A stretch of 64,000 bases of DNA from Campylobacteraceae bacterium. Its GTDB lineage: Bacteria > Campylobacterota > Campylobacteria > Campylobacterales > BB28. The notes under the pieces were generated by a model. That model made no database searches and was not told the origin of the DNA. It saw nothing but the letters and a program-made list of their open reading frames with translations. This document shows, one piece after another, positions 56,301-64,000 of the stretch. The stretch spans positions 16,674 to 80,673 of the forward strand of contig JADGEE010000002.1 in the NCBI GenBank assembly GCA_016744535.1, given 5' to 3'. The position numbers and the translations under genes are program-made. Positions within the stretch are counted from its first letter, which is position 1. Each line of letters begins with the position of its first letter.

Positions 56301-56569
56301 TAGTGGCTTTTCAATGGCAAGTTAGCGATAGATGTAAAAAATTAGAAATTTCTCAAAATGATAACTATAATAATTCTTTTTATGGAAATTTAAAAGTTAA
56401 AGAGTGGTCATCTACAGGTTATAAAGTTACTGAAACTAATATTGATTTTCCTTACACAATTGATGCTTCAACTTTTCCAAATTACACAAGTGGAAATTAT
56501 TATATTGCTTTTATAGAAGCTAAAGCAGGAGAAGTTAGTTCAGGTGAAATTATGGCAGATTGTCAATAA
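53315..56569 (+). CDS. large secreted protein with multiple PPC (pre-peptidase C-terminal)-like beta-sandwich modules
   Basis: I prefer ATG 53315 (RBS AAGGAT at 53305-53310) over the track's TTG 53291. The signal peptide is MKKVLLSVLACGYLVAG. There are at least three PPC-like modules (e.g. GDTIDIKLNAHINSGVIDIILYDPNGTQI...DGTYYVKVNSIGGNGNYDLEI). Two C-terminal ~125-aa modules share D(M/L)AV..S.VAFQW...CK.L.I. Confidence 0.75.
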   Translation: MKKVLLSVLACGYLVAGSEKFSISKGEMLEIHKLNEQKEIKFTKRVNKKFKREIYSDKLPSSSVEKVFLDGYSKNAYVYLWSENNEAFLRVEPNTSEFFTCGASFNIFQNNIEHSLKLIFDDDESSYCDDLTSSTTFKLENWSFENNQFDSSKNFILKQNYPEATLNYVASNSNEEIDDLDINNLNATLINLGDKQELSFTYSGNPPRWYKFDSNKNATLKMNFGNGTSSDIKASLYDNNLNQISTMIIKSFDGSNVYENIKSNSYFIKIEDTSNALGSFSFLLTFDEDSQSSNVISSGISTPSIKQGWNLLGNNSNTLIEVSDFIMSDEIVWTFGENAWEQNNPISPMQGFWYKSKIDRDTFELPIGVKSDIFEPSDNGWSLLANDSETTLLNLKEKYNASKVFTFIDNNWLISSINPNNIVENGRGFWVKNSSTSIVSDTKNDSTSIVSDTKNDSTSTVSDTKNDSTSTIKKQRSIRVISQEYVTWDEVENITAYSSNDNDFEYKLNLNSGDGVAIALTPNINSGIVDVILRDPYGNQIDYSYNISNGYTGIIEHIAGSTGDYFLRIEGSAGRYELGVYNAWHNSGITDFTHSFNHSMNTAKYIKSDNFSINESLDNWHRFDGNSGDTIDIKLNAHINSGVIDIILYDPNGTQIESSYNISNGYSGTINKTIYSDGTYYVKVNSIGGNGNYDLEIDGIQANSNDANSDESQDVNIGDSINGYLGNNEDDIYNFLYSGGYENITFYTTGNLDTIGNLGGRYSDDNSGSGNNFKITYDTSNSMPGGLSIVVSSRNGVSGSYTLHLEGVEKGSYNNTSSNSNNELLSNFDGAGSLIAPDKNCWGCNKDMAVMQPSDKPSTVAFQWLNDSEGNCKSLNIEADIENFTIHTKYWSTLSPIKSYNVSGKNKVTIPNVGTWNTTTIISQTPLNKLANIEVTCNKNTVSENDLTLIDSKNIQFSNGYTWTGNGSIISKDTYPKDDFGTTQDLAVVDNNIDSIVAFQWQVSDRCKKLEISQNDNYNNSFYGNLKVKEWSSTGYKVTETNIDFPYTIDASTFPNYTSGNYYIAFIEAKAGEVSSGEIMADCQ
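54617..54730 (+). repeat. 33-bp near-perfect in-frame tandem repeat (3.4 copies)
   Basis: TCAACTTCGATAGTAAGTGATACAAAAAACGAT occurs at 54617, 54650 and 54683 (two substitutions in the third copy), with a partial copy at 54716. The units encode STSIVSDTKND. Confidence 0.9.
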
Positions 56570-56721
56570 TAAAAAGTATGAAAATATGAAAGATAATCCA
56601 TTAGGATTTTAATCTCTCTGTTTTCATTTTCTATCATTAAAAAATTAAAAATTAAAAAACTTCCTTCAAAATAGTATATAATACGAAAATTTTAAATATT
56701 ATTTAATTATTAAGGAATGAA

Positions 56722-57267
56722 TTGAAAAAAATTGTTATTTTATTTAGTGGTAGTGGTACTAATATGCAAAAGATAATAGAAAATTTAAAAGAAAAAGTTG
56801 AAATATTAGAGTGTATAACTGATAAAACAAAAGCTAAAGGGATTGAAATTGCAAAAATTGCAAATATAAAAACTACTATTTTAAAGAGTAAAAAAGGGAC
56901 TGAATTAAATAATGAATTAATAGCTCATTTAAAAGATAAAAATATTGATTTAGTTGTTTGTGCTGGATTTATGAGGATTTTATCACCTGAATTTGTAAAA
57001 GAGTTTAAAGCTATTAATATTCACCCTTCACTTTTACCAAGACATAAAGGAATCAATGCAATAGAAAAAAGTTTTGAAGATAAATTTGACGATGCTGGTA
57101 TTACAATTCACTTTGTAGATGAGGGAGTTGATACTGGTAAAATAATATCTCAAGTAAAACTCTTAAAAGAAGAGGGAGAGAATCTTCAAGAGTTTGGAAA
57201 AAGAATACAGAAATTAGAACACGAAAATTACTCAAAAGTAATTGAGAAAATTTTATTCACTTTTTAA
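56722..57267 (+). CDS. purN: phosphoribosylglycinamide formyltransferase
   Basis: TTG start. Motifs are ILFSGSGTNM, CAGFMRIL, NIHPSLLP and HFVDEGVDTG. Confidence 0.9.
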   Translation: MKKIVILFSGSGTNMQKIIENLKEKVEILECITDKTKAKGIEIAKIANIKTTILKSKKGTELNNELIAHLKDKNIDLVVCAGFMRILSPEFVKEFKAINIHPSLLPRHKGINAIEKSFEDKFDDAGITIHFVDEGVDTGKIISQVKLLKEEGENLQEFGKRIQKLEHENYSKVIEKILFTF

Positions 57268-57760
57268 TAAAAAATATAGAAAACATTGAAGTGATAGGAA
57301 CAACTAAAAGCCCAAATATATATGGATAAACTTCAAAATAGTGATTTTTAGTTAAAAATAAAAACCCTAAAACTAAAACAACATAACCTATAATTCTATA
57401 TATGGAAAAAAATGAACCTGAATATTTTAAATTTTTAAACATATCTTTTCTAAGTTTAGCTTTCTCCTCTTTTAAAACTTCTTCATCACTTTTTGTCTCC
57501 TCTTTTTCATCATCATATAAATCAAATCTATCCTCTATCTTATCAATCTCATCTCGGTCGTTTCCCTCATTAGCTTCATAAGTCGCAACTCTTGTATTTA
57601 TACTTTTTTTTAAACTAAAGTATGAGCCTATTGTTATTAATAGTGAACTAAAAAAGGCAATTTGAGTATTTATAAACCACGACATATTACTCTCTAAAAT
57701 AGTAAATAGAACTATCCCTATATCAACAGCTAAATATATTAATATTATTTTAATAATCAT
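57257..57760 (-). CDS. hypothetical membrane protein (possible AtpI-like)
   Basis: The ORF track extends to 57817. I prefer ATG 57760 (MIIKIILIYL...), which overlaps the AtpZ-like stop by 11 nt. It has four predicted TM helices and an acidic loop. Confidence 0.4.
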   Translation of the reverse strand: MIIKIILIYLAVDIGIVLFTILESNMSWFINTQIAFFSSLLITIGSYFSLKKSINTRVATYEANEGNDRDEIDKIEDRFDLYDDEKEETKSDEEVLKEEKAKLRKDMFKNLKYSGSFFSIYRIIGYVVLVLGFLFLTKNHYFEVYPYIFGLLVVPITSMFSIFFIKK

Positions 57761-58004
57761 ATTTTTTCGCAATTTCATCAAACTCTCTAACTTGCTTTTT
57801 GTAAGCTTTATATACATTTAATACTGCTGCAGAGACTCCTAAAAATACACCTATCCATAAAAACCAAGTTTGACCTGTCCAATTTTTGAGTAAAACTCCT
57901 ATTCCTACACCCATTAAAACAGCTACTACAATTGATATTCCAAGCGAAACACTATCTACATGCTCTACTAATTTTTTATATTTTGGCTCTTTTTCTTCAG
58001 ACAT
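57750..58004 (-). CDS. AtpZ/AtpI-family small membrane protein
   Basis: SLGISIVVAVLMGVGIGVLLKNWTGQTWFLWIGVFLGVSAAVLNVY matches the two-TM AtpZ pattern. It is divergent from atpB. Confidence 0.6.
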   Translation of the reverse strand: MSEEKEPKYKKLVEHVDSVSLGISIVVAVLMGVGIGVLLKNWTGQTWFLWIGVFLGVSAAVLNVYKAYKKQVREFDEIAKKYDY

Positions 58005-58107
58005 AAATATCCTTTAACTTTTTTTGAAATTATAATTTAAACAAAATTTATATATCATTAATTGATTTTTAGCTAAAATGCGAAAAAAAATTACTAAAGG
58101 ATTTAAT

Positions 58108-58788
58108 ATGGAAGATAGACTGTTTCTATTTTTGGGTTCATTTTCACACGAACCATCTTTCATTCTTTTATCACATTTAGCCATAAGTGTAATTATAGTT
58201 TTTATCATAGCTAAACTTGCTACAAAATCTATGGAAGTTGTTCCAACTGGAACTCAAAATGTGGTAGAGGCTTATTTACAAGGTGTAATCAGTATGGGTG
58301 CTGATGTTTTAGGAGAAGTAAAAGCTAGAAAGTATTTACCACTTATAGCTACAATAGGACTTTTAGTATTTACTTCAAATGCTATTGGAATTATTCCAGG
58401 TTTTGAATCACCAACTTCAAATATTAACTTTACACTTTCTTTAGCTTTAATAGTTTTTGTCTATTATAACTATGAAGGTATTAGAGAAAATGGATTTAAA
58501 AAATATTTTGGACACTTTGCAGGTCCTGTTGGTTGGTTAGCTCCATTAATGTTTCCAATTGAGATAATTTCACATATTTCAAGAATTATTTCACTATCAT
58601 TTAGACTTTTTGGAAATATTAAAGGTGATGACTTATTCTTATTAGTTTTATTAATGTTAGCTCCGTGGATAGCTCCACTTCCAGCATTTTTTATTCTACT
58701 ATTTATGGCATTTTTACAAACATTTATCTTTATGATTTTAACTTATGTTTATCTTGCAGGTGCTGTAATGATGGAAGAAGAGCATTAA
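58108..58788 (+). CDS. atpB: F0F1 ATP synthase subunit a
   Basis: [14 protein letters not shown] contains the essential Arg. 226 aa from ATG 58108 (RBS AAAGGA at 58096-58101). The track's 58078 start is less likely. Confidence 0.9.
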   Translation: MEDRLFLFLGSFSHEPSFILLSHLAISVIIVFIIAKLATKSMEVVPTGTQNVVEAYLQGVISMGADVLGEVKARKYLPLIATIGLLVFTSNAIGIIPGFESPTSNINFTLSLALIVFVYYNYEGIRENGFKKYFGHFAGPVGWLAPLMFPIEIISHISRIISLSFRLFGNIKGDDLFLLVLLMLAPWIAPLPAFFILLFMAFLQTFIFMILTYVYLAGAVMMEEEH

Positions 58789-58791
58789 TCA

Positions 58792-59070
58792 GTGTTTAAA
58801 AAGCCCCTATTTGAATTACTAGTAAATTTTTTACTTGGAATCGCTTGGGCTATTGCCCTTCTTGGGGCAGTTTTTGCTTTTGAAACATTTTATAACTTTG
58901 GTTTTTTAACTGCAATAATTGCATCTATCGTAGGCTCGATTACAGGATTAATATTTGTAGTAATTCTTGAACTTGTAAATTTAAATATAAACAGATATAA
59001 AGAGAGCAAAAAGCAAACAAAACTTTTAGAAGATATATCAAATGAGATTAAAAAGTTATCTAATAACTGA
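58792..59070 (+). CDS. hypothetical membrane protein (92 aa, 2-3 TM)
   Basis: GTG-start ORF 3 nt after atpB. Hydrophobic. Confidence 0.4.
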   Translation: MFKKPLFELLVNFLLGIAWAIALLGAVFAFETFYNFGFLTAIIASIVGSITGLIFVVILELVNLNINRYKESKKQTKLLEDISNEIKKLSNN

Positions 59071-59599
59071 CTCCAAATATTATACAAATAATCCAATTCA
59101 ATTTAAAAATAATTTAATTAAAGTCTATCAAAATTTTAAGCCTAATTTTGTATGTTTTAGAGATAAAAAGAGTAAAAACTACAAAGAGTTAGCTAAAATA
59201 TTTATAGAAATCTCAAGAGAATTTAAAATAGAAAAAATTTTAATAAACTCTTATATAAATTTAGCTAAAGAGTTAAATTTTGATGGAGTTCATTTAACTT
59301 CAAATCAATTTAATAAAATAGAGTATGCTAAAAGTCTTAATTTATATACTATTTGCAGTACACATACTATTAATGAAATAAGAGAGTGTGAACTAAAAAA
59401 AGTTGATGCTATTTCATTTAGTCCAATTTTTGAAACTCCAAACAAAGGCAAACCAAAAGGCATTGATAAGTTAAAAAAAATTTTAAAAAATTCTAATATT
59501 AAAATTTTTGCACTAGGTGGAATAGTTACAAAAGAGCATATTCAAGAGTTATCTAAAACTAGTGTCTATGGATTTGCTTCAATAAGATATTTTGTTTAG
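59042..59599 (+). CDS. thiE: thiamine-phosphate synthase family protein (ThiE/TenI-like)
   Basis: FRDK.., GVHLTS, a phosphate-binding end IFALGGI and the C-terminal YGFASIRYF. 185 aa. Confidence 0.6.
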   Translation: MRLKSYLITDSKYYTNNPIQFKNNLIKVYQNFKPNFVCFRDKKSKNYKELAKIFIEISREFKIEKILINSYINLAKELNFDGVHLTSNQFNKIEYAKSLNLYTICSTHTINEIRECELKKVDAISFSPIFETPNKGKPKGIDKLKKILKNSNIKIFALGGIVTKEHIQELSKTSVYGFASIRYFV

Positions 59600-59644
59600 A
59601 TAATTATACTAAAAGATTAGCAAAATGCTAAATAAGGAGCTATT

Positions 59645-60787
59645 ATGCAAAAACATAAAATAATTTCTGAAAAAAAGACAACCTTTTTAGGTTACATTTT
59701 ACTTTTTTTTATGTCGATATTTATAATCACAGTAGGTAATATTATATTTAATGATATAGAAAAAGAGTTATTAGAGAAAATAGAATATCCATCTTATTGT
59801 GTCTCTGATATTGTAGATTCTGATATTAAAAAAATAGAAAATTTAAATAATAAAAATTGTGAGTTTACAAAACTAGATAGAGATTTTAATTTAGAAAAAT
59901 TATATTATAAAGTGATTCTAAGTGTTAAAAATATTATAATTTTAAATAAAAATATTAAAACATATAGTAAAAAAATTAACAAACTAGAAAATAAAATAAA
60001 TAACCTATTAGTTAAATATAATATATCTATAAAAGAGGAAATTTTTAAATTAGATAGTAAAAATTTTGATTATAAAAAATTAAAGAGTGATTTTAAATTT
60101 TATGAAGATAAAAGATTAAATTTAGAGAGTAATTTAAAACAATTTGAAAATAATAGAGATAATTTAATCTTAAAAATAGATAATAATTTAAAGTTATTAA
60201 AAAATAATTATAAAAATGCTAAAAAATTTTATAAAGAAGAGATATATATTTATAATTTTAAATTGGGACTTTTAGAGTTAATTTTTATTCTACCTATATT
60301 TTTAATTATTTTGAAATTATACTTTAAATTAAAAGCCAAAGATAGCAAAAATACAATTATTTTTACTTTTATTTTAAGTGGTATCTCTTTTTTACTTTTA
60401 GAAGTTTTATTTAAAATAATATCTAATATTTTACCCGCTAATATAATAGAGTTTTTAATAAAATTAGCAAGTGAATTTGTAATATTTAGATACTTAATTT
60501 ACTATTTTTTACTAGCTTTAATAATTACCATTTTTGTAGGAATAGTCTATTATATTCAAAAATCAATTTTTTCAAAAAATGCTGTCGCATATAGACGATT
60601 AAAAGAGTCTCTATGTCCTGATTGTGGATTTAAAATAAATCATAATGATAAATTTTGTGCAAATTGTGGATACGAAGTGAAAATTGAGTGTACAAAGTGT
60701 AACAATAAAACTTTAAAAGATATGTCTTTTTGCTCAAATTGTAAAGAGAAGATAGAAATATCACATTTAGATAGAGAAAAAAACTAA
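59645..60787 (+). CDS. membrane protein with coiled-coil ectodomain and C-terminal double zinc-ribbon
   Basis: One N-terminal TM, a ~150-aa Lys/Asn coiled coil and 4 TM helices. The C-terminal ribbon is CPDCGFKI..FCANCG and CTKCNN...FCSNCK. Confidence 0.6.
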   Translation: MQKHKIISEKKTTFLGYILLFFMSIFIITVGNIIFNDIEKELLEKIEYPSYCVSDIVDSDIKKIENLNNKNCEFTKLDRDFNLEKLYYKVILSVKNIIILNKNIKTYSKKINKLENKINNLLVKYNISIKEEIFKLDSKNFDYKKLKSDFKFYEDKRLNLESNLKQFENNRDNLILKIDNNLKLLKNNYKNAKKFYKEEIYIYNFKLGLLELIFILPIFLIILKLYFKLKAKDSKNTIIFTFILSGISFLLLEVLFKIISNILPANIIEFLIKLASEFVIFRYLIYYFLLALIITIFVGIVYYIQKSIFSKNAVAYRRLKESLCPDCGFKINHNDKFCANCGYEVKIECTKCNNKTLKDMSFCSNCKEKIEISHLDREKN

Positions 60788-60900
60788 TAGCTACTAACTC
60801 TATCTGTTTTCTCTATCGTAGTATTTGTAACTGTATTAAATGAACATCCCCCAAAAAATAAACTGAAACTAATAAGTGCTAGTACAAATAACCTTTTCAT
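60784..60900 (-). CDS. putative small lipoprotein (38 aa)
   Basis: Own translation gives MKRLFVLALISFSLFFGGCSFNTVTNTTIEKTDRVSSY*, with lipobox FFGGC. Below the ORF-track cutoff. Confidence 0.4.
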   Translation of the reverse strand: MKRLFVLALISFSLFFGGCSFNTVTNTTIEKTDRVSSY

Positions 60901-60958
60901 AAATAAATCCTTATGTTGTGTTTTGTTAATTTTATAATCGGTCATAATTTAGATTTGT

Positions 60959-61159
60959 TTAATGTCTATTTATAATTTTAATATTTTCATACTCATCTTT
61001 ACTAATAGCCCCATCATTTAAAGCCTCTTCTAATGTATCGTAATAATACTCTCTAGAACCATCAGTAGAGTTAAAATCACCCTCTATAACTCTAATATTA
61101 ATACAGCCACTTAAACTTAAAATAAACATCACTAAAACTAAATATTTTATATACCTCAA
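60959..61159 (-). CDS. putative small lipoprotein (66 aa)
   Basis: MRYIKYLVLVMFILSLSGC contains a lipobox. Confidence 0.5.
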   Translation of the reverse strand: MRYIKYLVLVMFILSLSGCINIRVIEGDFNSTDGSREYYYDTLEEALNDGAISKDEYENIKIINRH

Positions 61160-61168
61160 AATATATCC

Positions 61169-62449
61169 TTATCTATATATAAAAGCTATTAAGCTAATAA
61201 CTATTAAAATAAAAAGACCTAAATTTAATCTTTTAAATTCTCTATTGATAATAGTTAAAAATCCATAAACTAAAAATCCACTTGCAATTCCATAAGTTAT
61301 TGAATAACTCAAAGGCATCATTAAAATCATTACAAAAGTTGAAGTAGCTATCGCTTTATCACTAAAATCTATTTTAGTAACTTCACTGAACATAAAAACT
61401 CCTACCATTACTAAAACTGGATAAATTGCATTTGGTGGAACTGCTTCAAAAATTGGAAGTAAAAAAAGAGTTGATATAAAAAACAGACCTGTAAAAATAG
61501 CTGTTAGACCACTTTTTCCACCCTCTTCAACCCCGCTTGCACTCTCCATAAATGAAGTTGTAGTTGAAACTCCTAACATACTTCCACCCATTGTTGCAAA
61601 AGCATCAACTTGCAAAGTTTTTTCTATATCTGTGTTATTAATTTTTGCACGATGTCCAATACCTGATAAAGTTCCAATAGAATCAAATAAGTCAGTTATC
61701 ATAAAAATTATAATTATTGGTAAAAATGAGAGTGATAAAATTGAGCTAATATCAAGCTCTAACGCAATTGGAGCAATTGAGGCTGGAGTTGAAAGTAAAT
61801 ATTCAGGTATAGACCAAATATCTAAAAATAGAGCAATTATTGAAGTTAATATTATAGATAAAATAAAAGAACCTTTAGTATTTAAAATATATAACCCAAA
61901 GAGTATAAAAATTCCTATTACTCCTATTAAAGTATTGATATTACTAAAATCTCCTAAAGCTACTATCGTAGATGAATTTGAGACTATAATACCCATCTGT
62001 TTTAATCCAATAAAGGCTAAAAACATTCCTATAGATGCACTAATAGCTCTCTTTATATCAACTGGAACACTATTCATTATTACTCTTCTAAATGGAGTTA
62101 GAGTTAAAATAAAAAATATTAATCCTGAAATAAATACAACTCCTAAACCACTCTGCCAAGATATTCCCATTCCTCCAACTAATCCATAAGCAAAATAGGC
62201 ATTTATTCCCATTCCTACACTCATAGCAATAGGGGTATTTGAGTAAATTCCATTTAATATTGTAGATATTATTGTAATTAATGCTGTTGCAGTAATTAAT
62301 GCTTCAAATGGCATCCCAGTAGAACTTAAAATTAAAGCATTCACAGGAATGATATATAACATTGTTAAAAATGTTGTAAATCCTGCTATAAATTCAATTT
62401 TGATATTTGTATTTTTTTCACTTAATTTAAATTTCTTATCTAAAGACAT
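61169..62449 (-). CDS. NCS2-family purine (adenine/guanine/hypoxanthine) permease
   Basis: 426 aa with about 12 TM. Pattern typical of the AzgA/PurP-like subfamily (TEFIAGFTTFLTM, VDAFATMGGSMLGVSTTTSFMESASGV). Confidence 0.85.
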   Translation of the reverse strand: MSLDKKFKLSEKNTNIKIEFIAGFTTFLTMLYIIPVNALILSSTGMPFEALITATALITIISTILNGIYSNTPIAMSVGMGINAYFAYGLVGGMGISWQSGLGVVFISGLIFFILTLTPFRRVIMNSVPVDIKRAISASIGMFLAFIGLKQMGIIVSNSSTIVALGDFSNINTLIGVIGIFILFGLYILNTKGSFILSIILTSIIALFLDIWSIPEYLLSTPASIAPIALELDISSILSLSFLPIIIIFMITDLFDSIGTLSGIGHRAKINNTDIEKTLQVDAFATMGGSMLGVSTTTSFMESASGVEEGGKSGLTAIFTGLFFISTLFLLPIFEAVPPNAIYPVLVMVGVFMFSEVTKIDFSDKAIATSTFVMILMMPLSYSITYGIASGFLVYGFLTIINREFKRLNLGLFILIVISLIAFIYR

Positions 62450-62545
62450 TAAAACCTCTTAATTAATTTGTTTGATTATTTAAAAAAAATGAAGAGATAG
62501 AAGAAAAGATAATTGAATAAATAGAGGTTTGAGTGTTAAAATTAA

Positions 62546-63049
62546 TTAAGCCTCAGGTAAATCCCAAGTTCTTTTTAAAAGCCCCTCTATTTTTAAAATA
62601 GTAAAGATTCTATCATCTTTTTTACCAACTCCATAAATCAACTCTCCCTCTTCGTGAGTTTCAGGGATAGGGTCAATTAAATTCTCTTTAATTCTAATTG
62701 CTTCTGTCAATTTATCGATTACAAATCCAGCAACTTCATTGTTGTTTTTAATTACAATATATCTTGTATCCTCATTCTGTTTTGCATCTTGCAAACCAAA
62801 TTTAAATCTTAAATCAATTAAAGGAATAACACTTCCTCTTAAATTAAAAACACCTAATACATAATCTGGTGTACTAGGAACTCTTGTAAATTCAACTGGT
62901 TTAATAATCTCTTGAATACTTAAAATTGGAACAGCAAACTCCTCTTCTCCTACAAAAAAACCAACTAATTGAACAACATTCTCTGTCTCTATTAAATCCA
63001 CATCTTGTTGTTCTTGTTGATTATTCATTACCTCTTTTAATCTATCCAT
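62546..63049 (-). CDS. cheW: chemotaxis coupling protein CheW
   Basis: 167 aa with LVGFFVGEEEFAVPILSIQEI...VFNLRGSVIPLIDLR. Confidence 0.93.
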   Translation of the reverse strand: MDRLKEVMNNQQEQQDVDLIETENVVQLVGFFVGEEEFAVPILSIQEIIKPVEFTRVPSTPDYVLGVFNLRGSVIPLIDLRFKFGLQDAKQNEDTRYIVIKNNNEVAGFVIDKLTEAIRIKENLIDPIPETHEEGELIYGVGKKDDRIFTILKIEGLLKRTWDLPEA

Positions 63050-63058
63050 TTCATACCT

Positions 63059-64000
63059 TTATGATAAATTTAAATTTCTTTTTACAACATTTGCTAAATA
63101 TTCAGGTGAATATGGTTTTGTAATATACTCAGTCATTCCAACTTCAACACCTCTCATTCTATCTGCTTTACTTGTTCTACTTGTAACTGCAATTAGAGGT
63201 ATATTTTTAAATTTATTATATTTTCTAATTTCACTTGCGAGAGTATATCCATCCATTCTAGGCATTTCTATATCAATAAGCATTAAATCAACGTCACTAT
63301 CACCTTCTTTTAACATACTAAGTGCATCGACTCCATTTGTAGCTTCAATCATTGTTATAGAAGTTGGCTCAAGTGATTTCCTCATAATAGTTCTATCTGT
63401 TTTCGAATCATCAACCATTAAGACTGTATAATCACTAGGTCCACTTTTAGCTTTTTTAGTACTTCCACCAGACATTTTTTCAATTAAATTAACTTTTACA
63501 TTTTTAGCTAAATCCATAAGTGCAGCAATATCAATAATAAGTGTAACTAAACCATCACCCCTAATTGTAGCACCTGCTATTCCTTCAATTCCTTTTAGGT
63601 AATCTCCTAGAGATTTAATAACAATCTCCTCTTGACCTACAAGTGAATCGACGATTACTCCTAGTTTTTTCTCAGCAAGTCCAATTACGACAACATATAC
63701 ATGTTCACTATTATCAAATACCTCTTTTACACCAAATATATCAGCTAATTTTACAAGTGGTAAAACTTCATTTCTAAGCCTTAAAACACTTCTACCCTCA
63801 ACTGTAGAAATATCATCAAAATTAATTCTCACAGTTTCAAGTACTGAAGCAATAGGAATAGCGTAATACTCCTCTTGTACTCCAACTAAAAGTGCTTGAA
63901 TAATAGCAAGTGTTAATGGAATTTTAAGTTTTATAACAGAACCACCATTAATTTCACTATCAACATCAATAAGACCATTTAATTTTTCAATGTTAGTTTT
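63059..64000 (-). CDS. cheA: chemotaxis histidine kinase CheA with C-terminal REC (CheAY), C-terminal part; N-terminus outside window
   Basis: The frame is open from nt 64000. The track's M at 63832 is an internal GTG. Upstream translation gives ...IQALLVGVQEEYYAIPIASVLETVRINFDD. A CheW-like domain is followed by REC (VLMVDDS, MLIDIEMP, TKPY). Confidence 0.9.
   Translation of the reverse strand, partial: KTNIEKLNGLIDVDSEINGGSVIKLKIPLTLAIIQALLVGVQEEYYAIPIASVLETVRINFDDISTVEGRSVLRLRNEVLPLVKLADIFGVKEVFDNSEHVYVVVIGLAEKKLGVIVDSLVGQEEIVIKSLGDYLKGIEGIAGATIRGDGLVTLIIDIAALMDLAKNVKVNLIEKMSGGSTKKAKSGPSDYTVLMVDDSKTDRTIMRKSLEPTSITMIEATNGVDALSMLKEGDSDVDLMLIDIEMPRMDGYTLASEIRKYNKFKNIPLIAVTSRTSKADRMRGVEVGMTEYITKPYSPEYLANVVKRNLNLS

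Larger units (their letters stand above)
52197..56695. mobile_element. putative ~4.5-kb inserted island bounded by a 17-bp perfect direct repeat
   Basis: TAATACGAAAATTTTAA occurs at 52197-52213 and at 56679-56695. An additional 14-mer AAATATTATTTAAT overlaps the left copy (52187-52200) and the right copy (56694-56707). The island carries three accessory-type genes between divergent metF and purN. No integrase is present. Confidence 0.45.

Noticed and set aside
62450-62545. Purine riboswitch upstream of the NCS2 purine permease. Also checked: a Moco riboswitch before moeA and a TPP riboswitch before thiE.
   Set aside because: The leaders are short and almost pure A/T. They lack the conserved junction sequences and paired GC-containing stems of these riboswitch classes.

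Overview
Very AT-rich chromosomal segment. It most likely comes from an Arcobacter-group Campylobacterota genome. This is inferred from CheV, a CheA-REC fusion, a short Lnt, K-S-F-(T/S)-x-x-E prepilin leaders and the rpmH-rnpA-yidC-jag layout. No database search was possible. About 60 genes are packed tightly, and I found no rRNA, tRNA, CRISPR array or IS element. The housekeeping backbone is rplM-rpsI, tcdA, surE, ccoG, metH, rpmH-rnpA-yidC-jag, hpf, moeA, lnt, a Na/Pi symporter, a polyprenyl synthase, hemA, ccoI, guaA, metF, purN, atpB, thiE, an NCS2 permease and two chemotaxis blocks (cheV-mcp on the left, cheA-cheW on the right). Four accessory-looking blocks interrupt this backbone. (1) 24437-36063: an operon with a 3002-aa MshQ-like giant surface protein and three pilin-like proteins, with no pilus or T2SS machinery in the window. 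This is the strongest candidate for an undescribed system. (2) 37862-39737: an ABC/SMC-type ATPase plus a 171-aa orphan partner, translationally coupled into lnt. It looks like a defence cassette with an unknown effector. (3) 52197-56695: a 4.5-kb three-gene insertion bounded by a perfect 17-bp direct repeat between metF and purN. It carries a 1084-aa multi-PPC-domain secreted protein. (4) 16513-20562: a TetR gene, an RPH-type PEP-utilising phosphotransferase, a VOC protein and an NTF2-like protein behind an 18-bp perfect palindrome. Smaller oddities are a serine-recombinase homologue lacking catalytic residues behind an operator-like inverted repeat, a pseudo-receiver (acceptor Asp replaced by Gly) ending the cheV-mcp operon, an rnpA with no canonical start codon, and no yidD between rnpA and yidC. 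All family names rest on motif recognition by eye and need HMM or structure confirmation.
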